A stretch of DNA of 64,000 nt from Octopus sinensis (Eukaryota). Position 1 is the stretch's first letter. The number at the start of each line of letters is the position of its first letter. This document shows positions 40,394 to 53,886 of the stretch, piece after piece. Both the position numbers and the translations under genes were made by a program. A model generated the notes under the pieces. The model saw only the letters and a list, made by a program, of their open reading frames with translations. It did not search any database and was not told the DNA's origin. The stretch covers positions 100,812,001 to 100,876,000 of the forward strand of contig NC_043004.1 of assembly GCF_006345805.1 (NCBI RefSeq), read 5' to 3'.

Positions 40394-43006
40394 CGGCTCG
40401 CATTACTGATCCACTAAAAAAGATTTTAGCAGTCAACGTGGGAGTCTCTACCCGCAATGCTGGAAACAGCAACCAAAATCTCATTCAAAATACATCTAAC
40501 TGTCTTGAAAAGATTATAGGACTTATCAAGTAACGTAACTCGGTGAAAACCATAGAATATGTAATGTTCACTTTGTTGGAAAACGTTTGAAGGTAGGCCT
40601 CGGTATGAGTCATCTTGGGCCTAAATAATAACAACATCAGCAACAACCACATCTCGCCATCACCAACACCAAAAACAACCACAATCACAACAACAATAAT
40701 TAACAGATTTCAGTGTTCATGTGCCAAAGGGATAATATTTTGAAGTAAAATTCTTTGTCAATCTATTCGAGAATTCAATACAAAATAGATGTGTGTAAGA
40801 TGATGATAGCTCAAATATTGACTTTATACAAGTTGTATAAAGGAATTCGAAGGATTTGGCTCAAGCACAGCCTGGTTCTAAAAGAAAAACAGTGATTAAA
40901 CTGTTCCAGCTAGGTCTGTCCTGTTTTATTCGTAGTTGAAGAATGTCTGTATCTAATGTACTTTTTTAATATAGCAAGATATTATTGAGATGAAATTTGG
41001 CTGCTATTTCAAAACGGTGGAATGATTCAGTTGAAGCTCCTATTGGGCTCGATGTTAATGAGTCTATAACGGAATTATGCAACAGTCTCTGCTTCTCATT
41101 TCTCCAGGGGTTGTTTGAATATATGCCGCAAAGGAAGTGGTGAAGAGATGAAGTTTTTTTTCTGTTTTACGCGATTGAAATAGCTGTAGAGTAAAATTAC
41201 TTATAAATGCTATGAGAAATTTTACGTTTTACTACACTTATTCTAAATATGTAGCTCTCAATTATCGTTTTAGTCGAATCTCTATATGCATGAAAGTGCG
41301 TTCCACAAAGATTTACTGCAGTGTAATAAGGTATTGTACTTCAACAATTTGTTCTTAAATAATGTTCTTAAACTGAGTTCTTAAATAATGTGGATATATC
41401 TAATGATGATTATGCTTCAATCCACTGTATAGACTAATGCCAGAATATTAAAACATTGTAAATAATTGAGAGATTTCAATTGCTTCGACCGACTAACCTT
41501 CATATTTATCTTACAATATACAGAGTGCTCTATCACATTTAGTTTATGTCCATTTACATATTGCAATTAAGATCCTGGGGTTGATGCTCTCTTTCCACTT
41601 TTGACATGATGCAATAAATACCAGTTGTTGTACTAGTGTCTCTACCACAATTCCACCATTTCTAAAACTTGTAGATTTGTGAAAATGAAAGAGACTAGAT
41701 TATAATGGCGACAAAAACACAGAAACGCTAGTTTACTAAATTAAATATTTTGTTTGCCTCCCTTGACATTCTGAATTTAAATCCCAGAGGGACGAGCTTC
41801 GCCTTTCATTCTTCAGTGAGTCGATTAAATATGTATCAGTAATGCAACAAGGCCGAATAAAATCATTACAATGCCAAACTTAGAAATCGATATTGGACAA
41901 AGATCAAACCAGGAATCTCCTAATGGACTTACGTATACTGTAATTATTACAGTAAGACGACACAGTCATTCGTTCGACCAGTAAACAAGACAATAGAGTA
42001 GAAGACAAGCTAGATGATGCGCTCTTATGTGTGCTGTGTATAGAGAAGAGACGGAATAATCACGACTAGCAGGTCTTTGATCATATATGTCTACTAAATG
42101 AGCGCTGACACGAGGGTGGAGTTAATAACAAGCTTAATTTAATTTTATTAATGAAATTATTACCATATTTTCCGTCAAACAAGTCGAATTTTTTAGGCTA
42201 AAATTTAGTCAAAAAATGTTAGGTTGACTTATACACCAGGACACAGTTTAGAGGACCAAGTATTCGGTGTGAAATACAGCAGGATTTGGAAAGCTAGTAA
42301 CGATGCTTAAATGCTCACATGTTTATATTATATACTGCATAGAGCTGTATGCAGGAAAGTACAGTATCAACATTACGGCAACCAGCTAGTATCATTGTTA
42401 GAACGTCGTAAAAAAAATGCTCTTCAATATTTCTCCCCACTCATTACTTTCTGAGCTCAAATTTCCGAGGTCGACTTTGCATTTCTTTCTTTTGGGACAG
42501 ATAAAAGAAGTACCAGTCAAGTAACAGAATCCTCCTCTCCCCTCAGAACTACTGGCCGTGTACCGAAATTTAAAAAAGAATTTTATTGGTATTATAGCCA
42601 ATATGAAAGCAGTAATCTGGCAGGATCGTTTGCACGCTGGACAAAATGCTTAGCGCTGTTTCGTTCATATTCACACTTTGAGTTCAAATTTCGCCGAGAT
42701 TGACTTTGCTTTTCATCTTATCGGAATCAATGAAATAAGCACCAGCTGAACGCGTGGCCTAGTGATTAATGCGTTGCATTTACAATCGCCAGATCATGGG
42801 TTCGATCCCCTGACCGGGTGACGTGATGTGTTCTCGAACTAAACCCTTCGTTTCACGTTGCTCTAGAGCAGTCTGGGGACCGACATGCCAAGCAATAGAC
42901 CCAACGTTTCCCCTGCCTGTCAGTTAATGTGACAAAACGTGGTTGAGTTTTTATTCGCACTCCGACCTCGCAAAATCCTCACCAGCAACGACGACCTAAG
43001 CAGACC

Positions 43007-43233
43007 TATTTCTTTACTACCCATAAGGGGCTAAACACAGAGAGGACAAACAAGGACAGACAAACGGATTAATCGATTATATCGACCCCAGTGTGTAACT
43101 GGTACTTATTTAATCGACCCCGAAAGGATGAAAGGCAAAGTCGACCTCGGCGGAATTTGAACTCAGAACGTAGTGGCAGACGAAATACTGCTAAGCATTT
43201 CGCCCGGCGTGCTAACGATTCTGCCAGCTCGCC
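43007..43233 (-). mobile_element. Full-length MetaSINE-like tRNA SINE
   Basis: Probable TSD aagca(g/t)acc at 42998-43006 and 43234-43242; older decayed copies lie at ~41700-41840 and ~42400-42870. Confidence 0.9.
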
Positions 43234-44460
43234 AAGCATACCCTCGAGTTGGAGGGTTGCCACCTGAGTGGCTCAAAGATGTCATCCGCTAGAAGAGTAG
43301 AGAATCACCAACAAATGGTGGATGGAGCGAAGTGCTGTTACAGCGTATTCACACACATTTCACACTACTGCTACTAGCAGTGGAGTCGATGCACTCGACT
43401 TAGCAACCTCCTAAATATTTCTGGCCTTGTACCATGCCAGGAAGGATGTTGTAGCTTTCATGAATACATGGATTTTAGATTGCTGACAAAAGCATCTATT
43501 AAAATTTTTTGCTTTTTTTCCCCCTTTAACATTAGTTGTCTTGAAGGAGTAAAAATGATGTTACTGTTTTATTGTGTCAGCTTATTAAACATTGCAACAG
43601 AAACGTGTCACGTATTACAGGATATCACATGTTGATACGATAAAGAAAACACGACTAGCATCAAATAAAGGAAACTGCGTGCGCTCACGTGTGTGTTAGT
43701 GTATGTGTACATGTGTGTGTTTGTGTATGTGTGAAGATGAGTCTCCAACACAGTCTTAGCTCTCGGAGCTAAAACAAAATGAACTAAAGAATGATAGATG
43801 ACTACTCGTACACGCGATTCTATGCTTACATATATATAAACACACACGCATACACACATACATACACACACACTAACATACACTTACAATTACATAGTCA
43901 CACATATACACAAACACACACACAAATATATACAAAGAGAAATACTACAAACACGAAAATATCATTAATTGTTAATTGAAAAATGTTCGCATGTTTATAT
44001 GAGGGATTTTGTTATAAGAAGAAAAGTGAATGAAGATAATAGAAGGAAAAATAATTAATTTTAGAGAGAAAAAAAGGGGGGAAATGCCCTTACGAGGGCA
44101 GCAACAATGAATAAATGCCAAAAAATAATCAAGCAGATGTCAATTAACTGTTAAAAAGTTGAAAATTAAATAAAACTAAATATAACAAGAGGGGAGAGCT
44201 GTACTGTATTAAAGGAAACTTTGTTAACAAATTCTCATCTGTTGTTGACACACATTTGAAACCCGGTGTGTGCTACGTATGTGATGAGTTTGCGCATGCG
44301 TGTGAGAGTGTGAGGTGCGCGTTAGCATTTGTAAGTGTGATTGCATGATCGGACGAGAGTGTCATTAGTTGATGTATATGTGTGTTTGTATCTTTCCACG
44401 TGTGTAATCAAACACTAAAAAACACTAAATAAACAACGTGTATATAGATGTGTGTGTGTG

Positions 44461-44523
<63 letters not shown>

Positions 44524-45396
44524 CGTGTGTGTGTGTTTGTTGAGTGTTTCGAGAATATTTTGAGTGGCTTTTACCTTTTACCTTTTGCGTGTTTCACTTA
44601 TTAGACTGCGGCCATGCTAGGGCACCGCCTTGTTGAACAAATCGACCCCCAGAAAATGCCGGACTATATGTAGACATTATAAAATGCCGGACTATATGTA
44701 CATGGCATGATTAATCAGTTACATATAGAACCCGAAATATAAAAATATCAATAAAAAATATTAACCTTTACAAGTTAAAATAAACATTAAACGATGTTTA
44801 ATGGGTTGTCTATTTACTTATGTCGTAAGTATGTGTGTGTGTGTGTGTGTGTGCGTGTGTGTGCGTGTGTACGTAAATATCGAACAAAGAGAATGAGTGC
44901 TCAATGCCGCATTGGTGGGTAAAATTCCTTTATTTGCGTACTAAGGCTATCATAGGTTTCATGTTAAGAAGATAACTTAATATCCTAACAATTTTTCAAG
45001 CCGATCGCATGGAAGAATGTGAGAATGAATAATATGCAGTGTGTTGTGCAAATCGATGTGTAATTATATCTCTAGTCTTTTTCTGAGTGTGTATGTATAT
45101 GTGTGTATGTGTGTACGTTTGTGTGTCATGGTAATGGATAATGCAGCTGTATTTCTACACATATGTGCGAGTGTGTGTGTGTGTGTACGTGTGTGTGTAG
45201 GGGGGGTATGTATTCGTATGCGAGGACCAGGATTTGTCTGGTATTTTGTGAAAAACTGTACTACCCCTATGTATATGTATGTGGGTAAAAGTTTCTGCAG
45301 TCTTTTTTACACGTTTTTGTGTGTTAAGTACGTCTATGTGTCTGCATGTTCATGGATGATGTGTGTTTGTTAGTGTATGTGAGTGTGTGTGTGTGA

Positions 45397-45438
<42 letters not shown>

Positions 45439-45849
45439 GCGTGTGTGTGTGTGCGTGTACATGGAGACTTTGCTTTGTATGGATGTTTATTTACTCCTAT
45501 ATTCTGGTAATTTTGATTGATCGAGCGAGCTTTTGCTTAATTCTGGGACGGAGTCACCACGACGCCCTTGTTGGTATGAATTGAGGAGGGGAAACATGAT
45601 GAGGAGCAGGAAGAGGAGGAGGTGGGCTTCTTCATTCGCTATGAGGGCAACACAGACGTAAAGATTATTTTAGATACATAAGCAAGAGACACATATTCAG
45701 AAATAACAAAACTTAACGCTCAAATGACGTTATATACAATAGACAATACACACCTTCCACGCACCCACTCCCCCCAACACACACACACATACACACACGT
45801 ATGTGTGCATGTACATATATACATACATACACACTTATGCATATGTATT

Positions 45850-46042
45850 CTTTTATTTGTTTCAGTCGTTTGACTGCGGCCATGCTAGAACACCGTCTTT
45901 TGTCGTAGACTCCAGGACTTATTCTTTGTAAGCCTAGTACTTATTCTATCGCTCACTTTTGCCTAACCGCTAAGTTACGGAATGGAAACACATCGACATC
46001 GGTTGTCAAAAGATGGCGGTTGGAACAAGCAGCGACACACAA

Positions 46043-46074
<32 letters not shown>

Positions 46075-46195
46075 GACGGGTTTCTTTCAGTTTCTGTCTA
46101 CCAAATTCACTCACAAGGCCTTGGTCTGCCTGAGGCAATAGTAAAACCCGGACTATGTGGTTGGGAAGCAAGCTTCTTACCACACCACCACTCCT
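45850..46195 (-). mobile_element. SINE with internal microsatellite (family of 53484-53886), internally deleted
   Basis: tgactgcggccatgctag...gggtttctttcagtttctgtctaccaaattcactcacaaggc...cttaccacac. Confidence 0.8.
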
Positions 46196-46214
46196 ATGCT
46201 TATATATATGTATT

Positions 46215-46263
<49 letters not shown>

Positions 46264-46358
46264 ATGTATATATGTATGTATGTATGGATGTATGTATGTA
46301 TGTGTGTGTATATGTATGTATGTATGGATGGATGTATGTATGTATGTATGTATGTATG

Positions 46359-46390
<32 letters not shown>

Positions 46391-46395
46391 GAAGA

Positions 46396-46718
46396 GGTAC
46401 TCCGTCGGTTACGACGACGAGGGTCCCAGCTGATACGATCAAGGGAACTGCTTGCTCGCGAAATTAACCTGCAAGTGGCTAAGCACTCCACAGACACGTG
46501 TACCCTTAACGTAGTTCCTAGGGAGATTCAGCGTGAAACAGAGTGTGACAAAGCTGGCCCTTTAATATAGAGGTAGTACTCATTTTCACCAGCTGAATGG
46601 ACTGGAGTAATGGGAAATAAAGTGTCTTGCTCAAGGATACAATGCGTCGCTGGGGATTGAACTCACTACCTTACAATCGTGAGCCGAATAATCTAATCAC
46701 TAAGCCACGCGCCTTCAC
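46396..46718 (-). mobile_element. tRNA-derived SINE (head 2, tail B)
   Basis: Reverse complement of the family at 18022-18345. Confidence 0.85.
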
Positions 46719-46974
46719 ATACACGTGTGTGTGTGTGTGTGTGCTTTATATCACATGTTTAATGAGCTCATAACGTGCTGTTCAAAGCTTTTCTACTGTT
46801 ACCAGTTATCATATGCTATCATGCAGTAAGAATACTTCTTTTGCTGAATAAACATTTGGAAATCCGTTAGTGTACGCAGAAGTCATATAAAAATTTGTAA
46901 TTTGTGATCAAAACCTGTTCATTCTATGTTTTTGGTTTATAAATGTGTGTGTGGTGTGTGTGTGTGTGTGTGTG

Positions 46975-47021
<47 letters not shown>

Positions 47022-47039
47022 GGAGACAGACAAACATAC

Positions 47040-47147
<108 letters not shown>

Positions 47148-49431
47148 CGATGGATATGAGTATGTGAACAAACGGAAGAAAGTAGCTTTCAACACGCTTG
47201 GTTGGAGTTACCTGTATCTAAAAACATTTCAACTCAGCCCACATTAATTTGTGGTCGAAAGTCAGGGACAGCTTTTCAGAAGTTTGGAGTACAGAGAAGA
47301 AAGAATTTAAAGAAATCTATAATGGCTTCTTAATAGTATTTGGGCTTCCACAAGTCAATTCAAGATACGTGGTTCTTTAAGCTGTCAATGCAACATCATC
47401 TCACGTATTGCAGACAGGATGTTAGCAATACTTAGTCGACATTCTGCATGATAATATATTCAGTGGTACGTGTATTTCACTGAATATTGCACATTGTAGA
47501 ATAGGCAAGATGTTTGTACCAATCATTAAACTAGACATCATTCTGGTCGAGCCAACATCTTGCCTACCCTGCCATGTGCGGCAGCCAAAGCAACAAGCTG
47601 GTTGTGCTGAATGCCGGCAAGATGAAAACATCTTTTCTAAAACTCGGGAACCGAAAAATATAATTTAAGATATTGTGGCTCTGATAGGCTAAAACCCATG
47701 TGACCTGAACTGACCAATGGATGCGCAGGTACCTACAAGGTGCTTTAAATCTCTTTTAAATTCTTTCAACTGTCTGACGGGCTGGAAACTACTCTATGAG
47801 CGTTATTAAAGATTTAATCAGGAATATTTCTCTTTAAATATGTAACCTATCCACAAATTAACTAATTTTCACTTAAGCTGCTCCTTACTATTAGGAAATT
47901 GCTTCAAATAGAAATTTGTGTATATTGATTCCATGAATCAAAACACCGAAATTTATATAAATAGAAAAGACTTGGTATATTCTTCCACTTAAGGTACTTG
48001 TAGCCACTTTAGTAGTCATATTTTTATTTAATTCAACATAGAAAGAGTTTTGTTTGTGTGTGTGTGTACATGTATGTATATGCATATATATACATGTACG
48101 TATATATGTACGTATGTATGTATCTATGTATGTATGCATACATGTATGTATGTATGTATGTATGTATGTATGTATGTATGTATGTATGTATGTATGTATG
48201 TATGTATGTATGTATGTATGCATGTATGTATAGGCCTAATTTCTGCAACTTCTAAATTAAATTTTTATATCTTATTTAGATTTTTATTTATCTTACAATT
48301 TCTAACAATTTCTAGTGGCTTACTACAAAACCCCCAACTTTAACTACTTTTCATACTTATTTTAAATTATTTCTTTTACTTTAAACATCAACCTAATTTT
48401 GCCTTTTCTATTTTCTGTCTTCATTCACTCTTACGCTTTAAGACTTTTTGTTCATTTTCTTGCTCCAATATTAACGGCTAATGCCATCACGTTGAATAAG
48501 AATCTTTTGCAATGCCTTAATACTCCTTTCTCTGAAATTTTATGAAGTATTTTTAAGCCCTTCTCTTTTAATTAACAAATATGTAGACTTTTTTCGTTAT
48601 CGTTAATCCTTTTACCTTTCATGTTCTATCCCACTATATTTTTACTTTATTTTATTTTTACTTTAATTTAACTATAAACACATAATATTGACTTCAATTA
48701 CGTAACTTAATTTTATTTACTTCCCATCAATTTTTAAATTAAATTTTTTTTAATTAACCCATAATTTATTTACTTAATAATCTAGTAATTAACTAATCTA
48801 TTATTCGCTAGAACTTGCTATAGCTTCCCATATATTTTTTATAAATTATTACCTATTATCGTATATTTTTTTAATATTTTTCAAATTTTCACGCTTGTTT
48901 CTTCAATGCTTGATATTTCAATTAAAGTTTCCGTTTTCCTTTCTTTCCTCTCCACTGAATTTACTAATCACAGTTTTATTTTACATTACATTACTCTCTC
49001 AGTTAAATTACAAATTTTATTTCTCAAATTTTTCCTTTACGGTCTTGTTTATTTATATATAAAATATCAAATATATTAGATATTACATTAAAACATTTAT
49101 GCACTATACCATACTACAGAATAGGTTTACCTCTAACCTCATCAATAGAAAACATGCATGGAATGCATTTAATCAGTGATGTATTTTTGAAAAGTAATTG
49201 CTCATTTATTTACCCATTTTGCATCTGTTGTGGTTTTTTTACTTAATTTATAAGTGTTTATTAATGTAAACAAAATATATACTAAGTTGTAGTCATCTGA
49301 GTGACACCGTATATCTCATTTATATAATTCATTTCAGTCAGGAGTTATATCATACACTGGCTATTTCTATGTGAACCATAAACACCAACTTGATAATATC
49401 TCAATTTAAAGTTTAATAATAATAATAATAA

Positions 49432-49463
<32 letters not shown>

Positions 49464-49481
49464 TTAATAATAATAATAATA

Positions 49482-50038
49482 AATGCCCTGATGCAGTACC
49501 AGGCAGTAGCTCTCATGGCTTCTGATCTTAACTGATTGGAAGTGTTATCATGTACATTGTTTTGTCTTGGTATAAAAGATGGGCTACAGCAAATATTCTG
49601 CTCATTACCACAGATTTGCTTGTCAGTTATTTGACCTTAACCAGTTGAGCATGTCCCTTAGTGGCTGACGATATGTGCATCTCTGATCACGAGCAGAAGT
49701 AGTGGGGGAGCATCATAGCCATGTGTTGAGAAGGATTCTTTGGGGTTTGAATAATTCACCTCTGGAAACATGGGTGTTTCGTTCAACGTCCTTAAACAAC
49801 CCTTATTCAGGGACCTTTTGAGCGGGATGGGTTACTCGATCTGAACAAAATTCTAACTGGGCTCCACCTGCAAGGTCATGTGCTGTTTATCTTGATATGA
49901 GATCATCATGTCGCGCACATATGGTTGTGATGCATGTGCCTGGTGTACCCTTATCAGACTGGTAGTCATGATGGGTATATTGGGCTTCGTATATTTTACC
50001 CCAGTGTCACTTTGATGGCATGAACTGCTCTCTCACTC

Positions 50039-50040
<2 letters not shown>
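49482..50040 (+). mobile_element. ~560-bp non-coding insertion within (TAA)n, probably a non-autonomous TAA-targeting retroelement
   Basis: Sharp boundaries with pure (TAA)n on both sides, higher GC than the flanks, no ORF. Orientation is assumed from the adjacent R4/Dong fragments. Confidence 0.65.
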
Positions 50041-50089
<49 letters not shown>

Positions 50090-50091
<2 letters not shown>

Positions 50092-50578
50092 GACCTACCA
50101 AAAACTGAGCAAATATAAAGATCTTGAAATAGAAGACCTACCAAAAACTGAGCAAATATAAAGATCTTGAAATAGAAATCAGCAAAATGTGGAAGCTGAA
50201 GACTAAAACAATACCTGTTGTCATAGGTGCCCTGGGAATGATAGCAAAAGGGGCTGATAGCTACCTAACTCAGATACCAGGAAACCCAAAAATGGCAGAA
50301 GTTCAAAAGATAGTGCTCATGGGAACTGCTCATATCCTACGCAAAATACTCTCTATGTAACCTCAAGGTTTACAACAACCATAATTTTCGGTTTAAAAAA
50401 AAAAAAAAAAAACTTTTTTTTTTTTAGACATTCATTAGTACAACATCCCCACCCCCCAAATATATGGCACACTAGGCATAACAACAACATGAACTCCCAA
50501 CCCTGTGGTCTCTTGAGGTGTCTGGGTGAGACTTGGAGCCAACTTGTACAAATATAAAGCAAAAGTCAAACATAGAAT
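50090..50578 (+). mobile_element. 5'-truncated R4/Dong-like element: RLE C-terminus and 3' UTR, in (TAA)n
   Basis: 50133-50360 is open: KTYQKLSKYKDLEIEISKMWKLKTKTIPVVIGALGMI...VQKIVLMGTAHILRKILSM* (KxxKY and PVVIGALG motifs of restriction-like endonucleases); ends in (TAA)n. Confidence 0.9.
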
Positions 50579-50597
50579 AATAATAATAATAATAATA

Positions 50598-50905
50598 CCC
50601 AAAGATAGCTAATAATGCAGATGTTGACAAAGCCCTTACCCATCAACGGTTAGGGTTTATCAAAGCAGCCCAAGATCAATGCCTACCTACAATGAGATAC
50701 CAGACCAACATATTAAAGAACGGCAGTAGCCCAACATGTCATGTATGTAAACAACAAAATGAAACCATTGATCATGTTGTCTCCATGTGCAGTCTTCTTG
50801 TGCTTGCAGAGTATCTCAACAGGCATGATAGAGCAACACAGTATATTCACTGGGTAATTTACAAAAACCTGGAGCTGATCCATGACAAAAACGAGTGGAA
50901 CACAT
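50598..50905 (+). pseudogene. R4/Dong-like fragment with CCHC zinc knuckle and RHD motif
   Basis: GFIKAAQDQCLPT..CHVCKQQNETIDHVVSMC...YLNRHDR..QYIHW. Confidence 0.85.
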
Positions 50906-51072
50906 GAAATTTGCTTCTACAAGGTGTATATACGTTATATATATATGATAGATGACCAAACATATATATATATATATATATATATACCAATTAAGGACTG
51001 AACATGAAAAGTGGACAGTCAACATGCTAGATATAGACGTCAAATCGCCATTCTCCACAAAGATTATGTTCT

Positions 51073-51121
<49 letters not shown>

Positions 51122-51145
51122 TATATATTATATATATATATATAG

Positions 51146-51352
51146 TTAATCCAAATAAGAAAGCGCAAAAAAACACAACAACGCGAAGACGTGGAACAAA
51201 TATAGTATTATTGGACGCTCAGGAAAGAAAGAAAGAAGGAGGGTTAACGTTTCGGGCGGAGCTCTTCTTCGGAAACATAGGAGACGGAAAGATCCAGAGA
51301 AGGGAAGACAGAGGAAAAAAAATCGCCAACGGTACACACGCGGTCACATTTT
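51146..51352 (-). mobile_element. Penelope-like solo pLTR between (TA)n tracts with degenerate HHR at 51243-51276
   Basis: Minus strand reads gttt CCGAAGA a gagc tcc gccc GAAAC GTT aac; same architecture as 20306-20349 and 31141-31174. Confidence 0.65.
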
Positions 51353-51420
51353 GAATATATATATATATATACACACACGCACACACATATTTATATCTAT
51401 ATGTCTATCAAGCTATGTAC

Positions 51421-51471
<51 letters not shown>

Positions 51472-51486
51472 CTATCTATCTATCTA

Positions 51487-51548
<62 letters not shown>

Positions 51549-51805
51549 TGTAGGTATATTTGTATGAATATATATATAAATCAATATAGACAGCAGTGTG
51601 CAATGTTTTACCAAAAGAGGAAATGTGTTTAGGGTGTTAGAAACACCTACAATGCTCTAGTAATGCAGGTGTTTAGAGCAATGTAGGTGTTTCTAACACC
51701 ATAGTCATATTTAGTGACACTTATAGTTGAATATGTATATATGTATATATATATGCGTGTGTGTGTGTGTGTGTGTATGTATATATGTATGTATGTATGT
51801 ATGTG

Positions 51806-51849
<44 letters not shown>

Positions 51850-51903
51850 CACATACATACATACATACATACATATATATGTATATATACATACATATAT
51901 ATG

Positions 51904-51937
<34 letters not shown>

Positions 51938-51945
51938 TGTATGTG

Positions 51946-51989
<44 letters not shown>

Positions 51990-52025
51990 GAGAATAAGGA
52001 GTACGTACGCTGCAATAATATATAT

Positions 52026-52067
<42 letters not shown>

Positions 52068-52695
52068 CTACATATACAGATTACACTGTCAAATTTGATA
52101 CAATAAAGATATCCTCTGTATCCAGTGTATTGAGTTCTCTACTTGTACAATGCAAAATTTACTTTAACTTATTTCACGATTCGTACATTGCGATAAGTGT
52201 GTGTGTGCGTCTGTGTGTGCGTGCATACGTGCATGTGTGAGTATGTATGTATGGATGTATGTATGGATGTACATACGTATGTATGTATGAATGCATATAT
52301 AGCAAGAAAGAGAGGGGCAGAGCGAGTGGGAGAGCCGGGGAGTAATGTGAATATACATTTACATCTATATATACATATATATATATATATACATATATAT
52401 ATATGTATATATATATAGACACGTATATATGTATATATATATATACACGTATATATGTATATATATATATATATACGTAATTATATATATATATTCACGT
52501 ATATATATTATATATGTATATATACACACGCATATATGTATATATATATATATATATACGTATATATATATATATATAGACGTATGTGTGTGTGTGTATG
52601 TATGTATGTGTGTGTGTTTATATATGTACACCAGCATGCATACATATATATATATATACATATATACATATATACGTATTTATGCATATATTCAC

Positions 52696-52745
<50 letters not shown>

Positions 52746-53483
52746 GTGTGTGTGTATATGTATTTATGCATATATTCACATACGTATATATGTTTCTATG
52801 TATGCGTCTATGTTATCTCTTCTGATTCATAGATGTTCGTAACAATGGTTTGCTGTAAGCAAAACAAAAGAGCTGAACTACAGAAAGTATCTTAGATGGC
52901 CTAAAATCACCATGATAATTCAACTGTGAAGCAGCGTCTTTGACGAGACAAAGAACAAAAGACTATCTCTGTGAATAATCGATGTTGGAACGATCCCTTG
53001 AGAGATATTCAGAAATACCGCTTTAATACCAGCAGCGCTCTCTTGGACAATATCGCACGGTCCAGGGATTTTTCTTTTTTTTTAAATAAATGCTACTACC
53101 TATAGAAAAAGTGTGGAAGTTGGTAAAATCGTTAGAGTGTACTGCTGTAGACAAGAATACTCATTTCGCATCGTGTTACCAACGCTGCACTGTATTCTTT
53201 CTAAAACCCACGTTAGTTTATAGCTTTGTTATCGGAAGAAGAGCAGGGCCCGTGACATTTTTCAGACTTTATGAGACTGGAGGGGAGAAGGTGCTATGTG
53301 ACATTCTAAGAATTTGATCGAATACTTGCGACACAGTGGATTCCGTTAACTACACTCGTGACTCATGCAGTGAATTTCAGATAAACAATAGGTTCAGACT
53401 ACGTTTACTACCTTTCTTTACTACCCACAAGGGGCTAAACACAGAGAGGACAAACAAGAACAGGCACTTAGAGTCCTAATTTA

Positions 53484-53886
53484 TTTACTCTTTTACTTGT
53501 TTCAGTCATTTGACTGCGGCCATGCTGGAGCACCGCCTTTTTAGTCAAGCAAATCGACCGCGGGACTTATTCTTTGTAAGCCCAGTACTTATTCTATCGG
53601 TCTCTTTGGCCGAACCGCTAAGTGACGGGGACGTAAACACACCAGCATCAGTTGTCAAGCAATGATAGAGGGACAAACACAGACACACAAACACACACAC
53701 ATACATATATATATACATATATACGACAGGCTTCTTTCAGTTTCCGTCTACCAAATCCACTCACAAGGCTTTGGTCGGCCCGAGGCTATAGCAGAAGACA
53801 CTTGCCCAAGATGCCACGCAGTGGGACTGAACCCGGAACCATGTGGTTGGTTAGCAAGCTACTTACCACACAGCCACTCCCGCGCC
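53484..53886 (-). mobile_element. Full-length tRNA-derived SINE with CORE-like segment and internal microsatellite
   Basis: Minus-strand head ggcgcgggagtggctgtgtggtaag...ggttcagtcc, CORE-like cttgggcaagtgtctt, tail ggcggtgctccagcatggccgcagtcaaatgactgaaac. Confidence 0.9.

Noticed and set aside
48250-49060. T-rich stretch possibly encoding a decayed retroelement N-terminus on the minus strand
   Set aside because: Too degraded; only a weak KGLK-like motif is visible.
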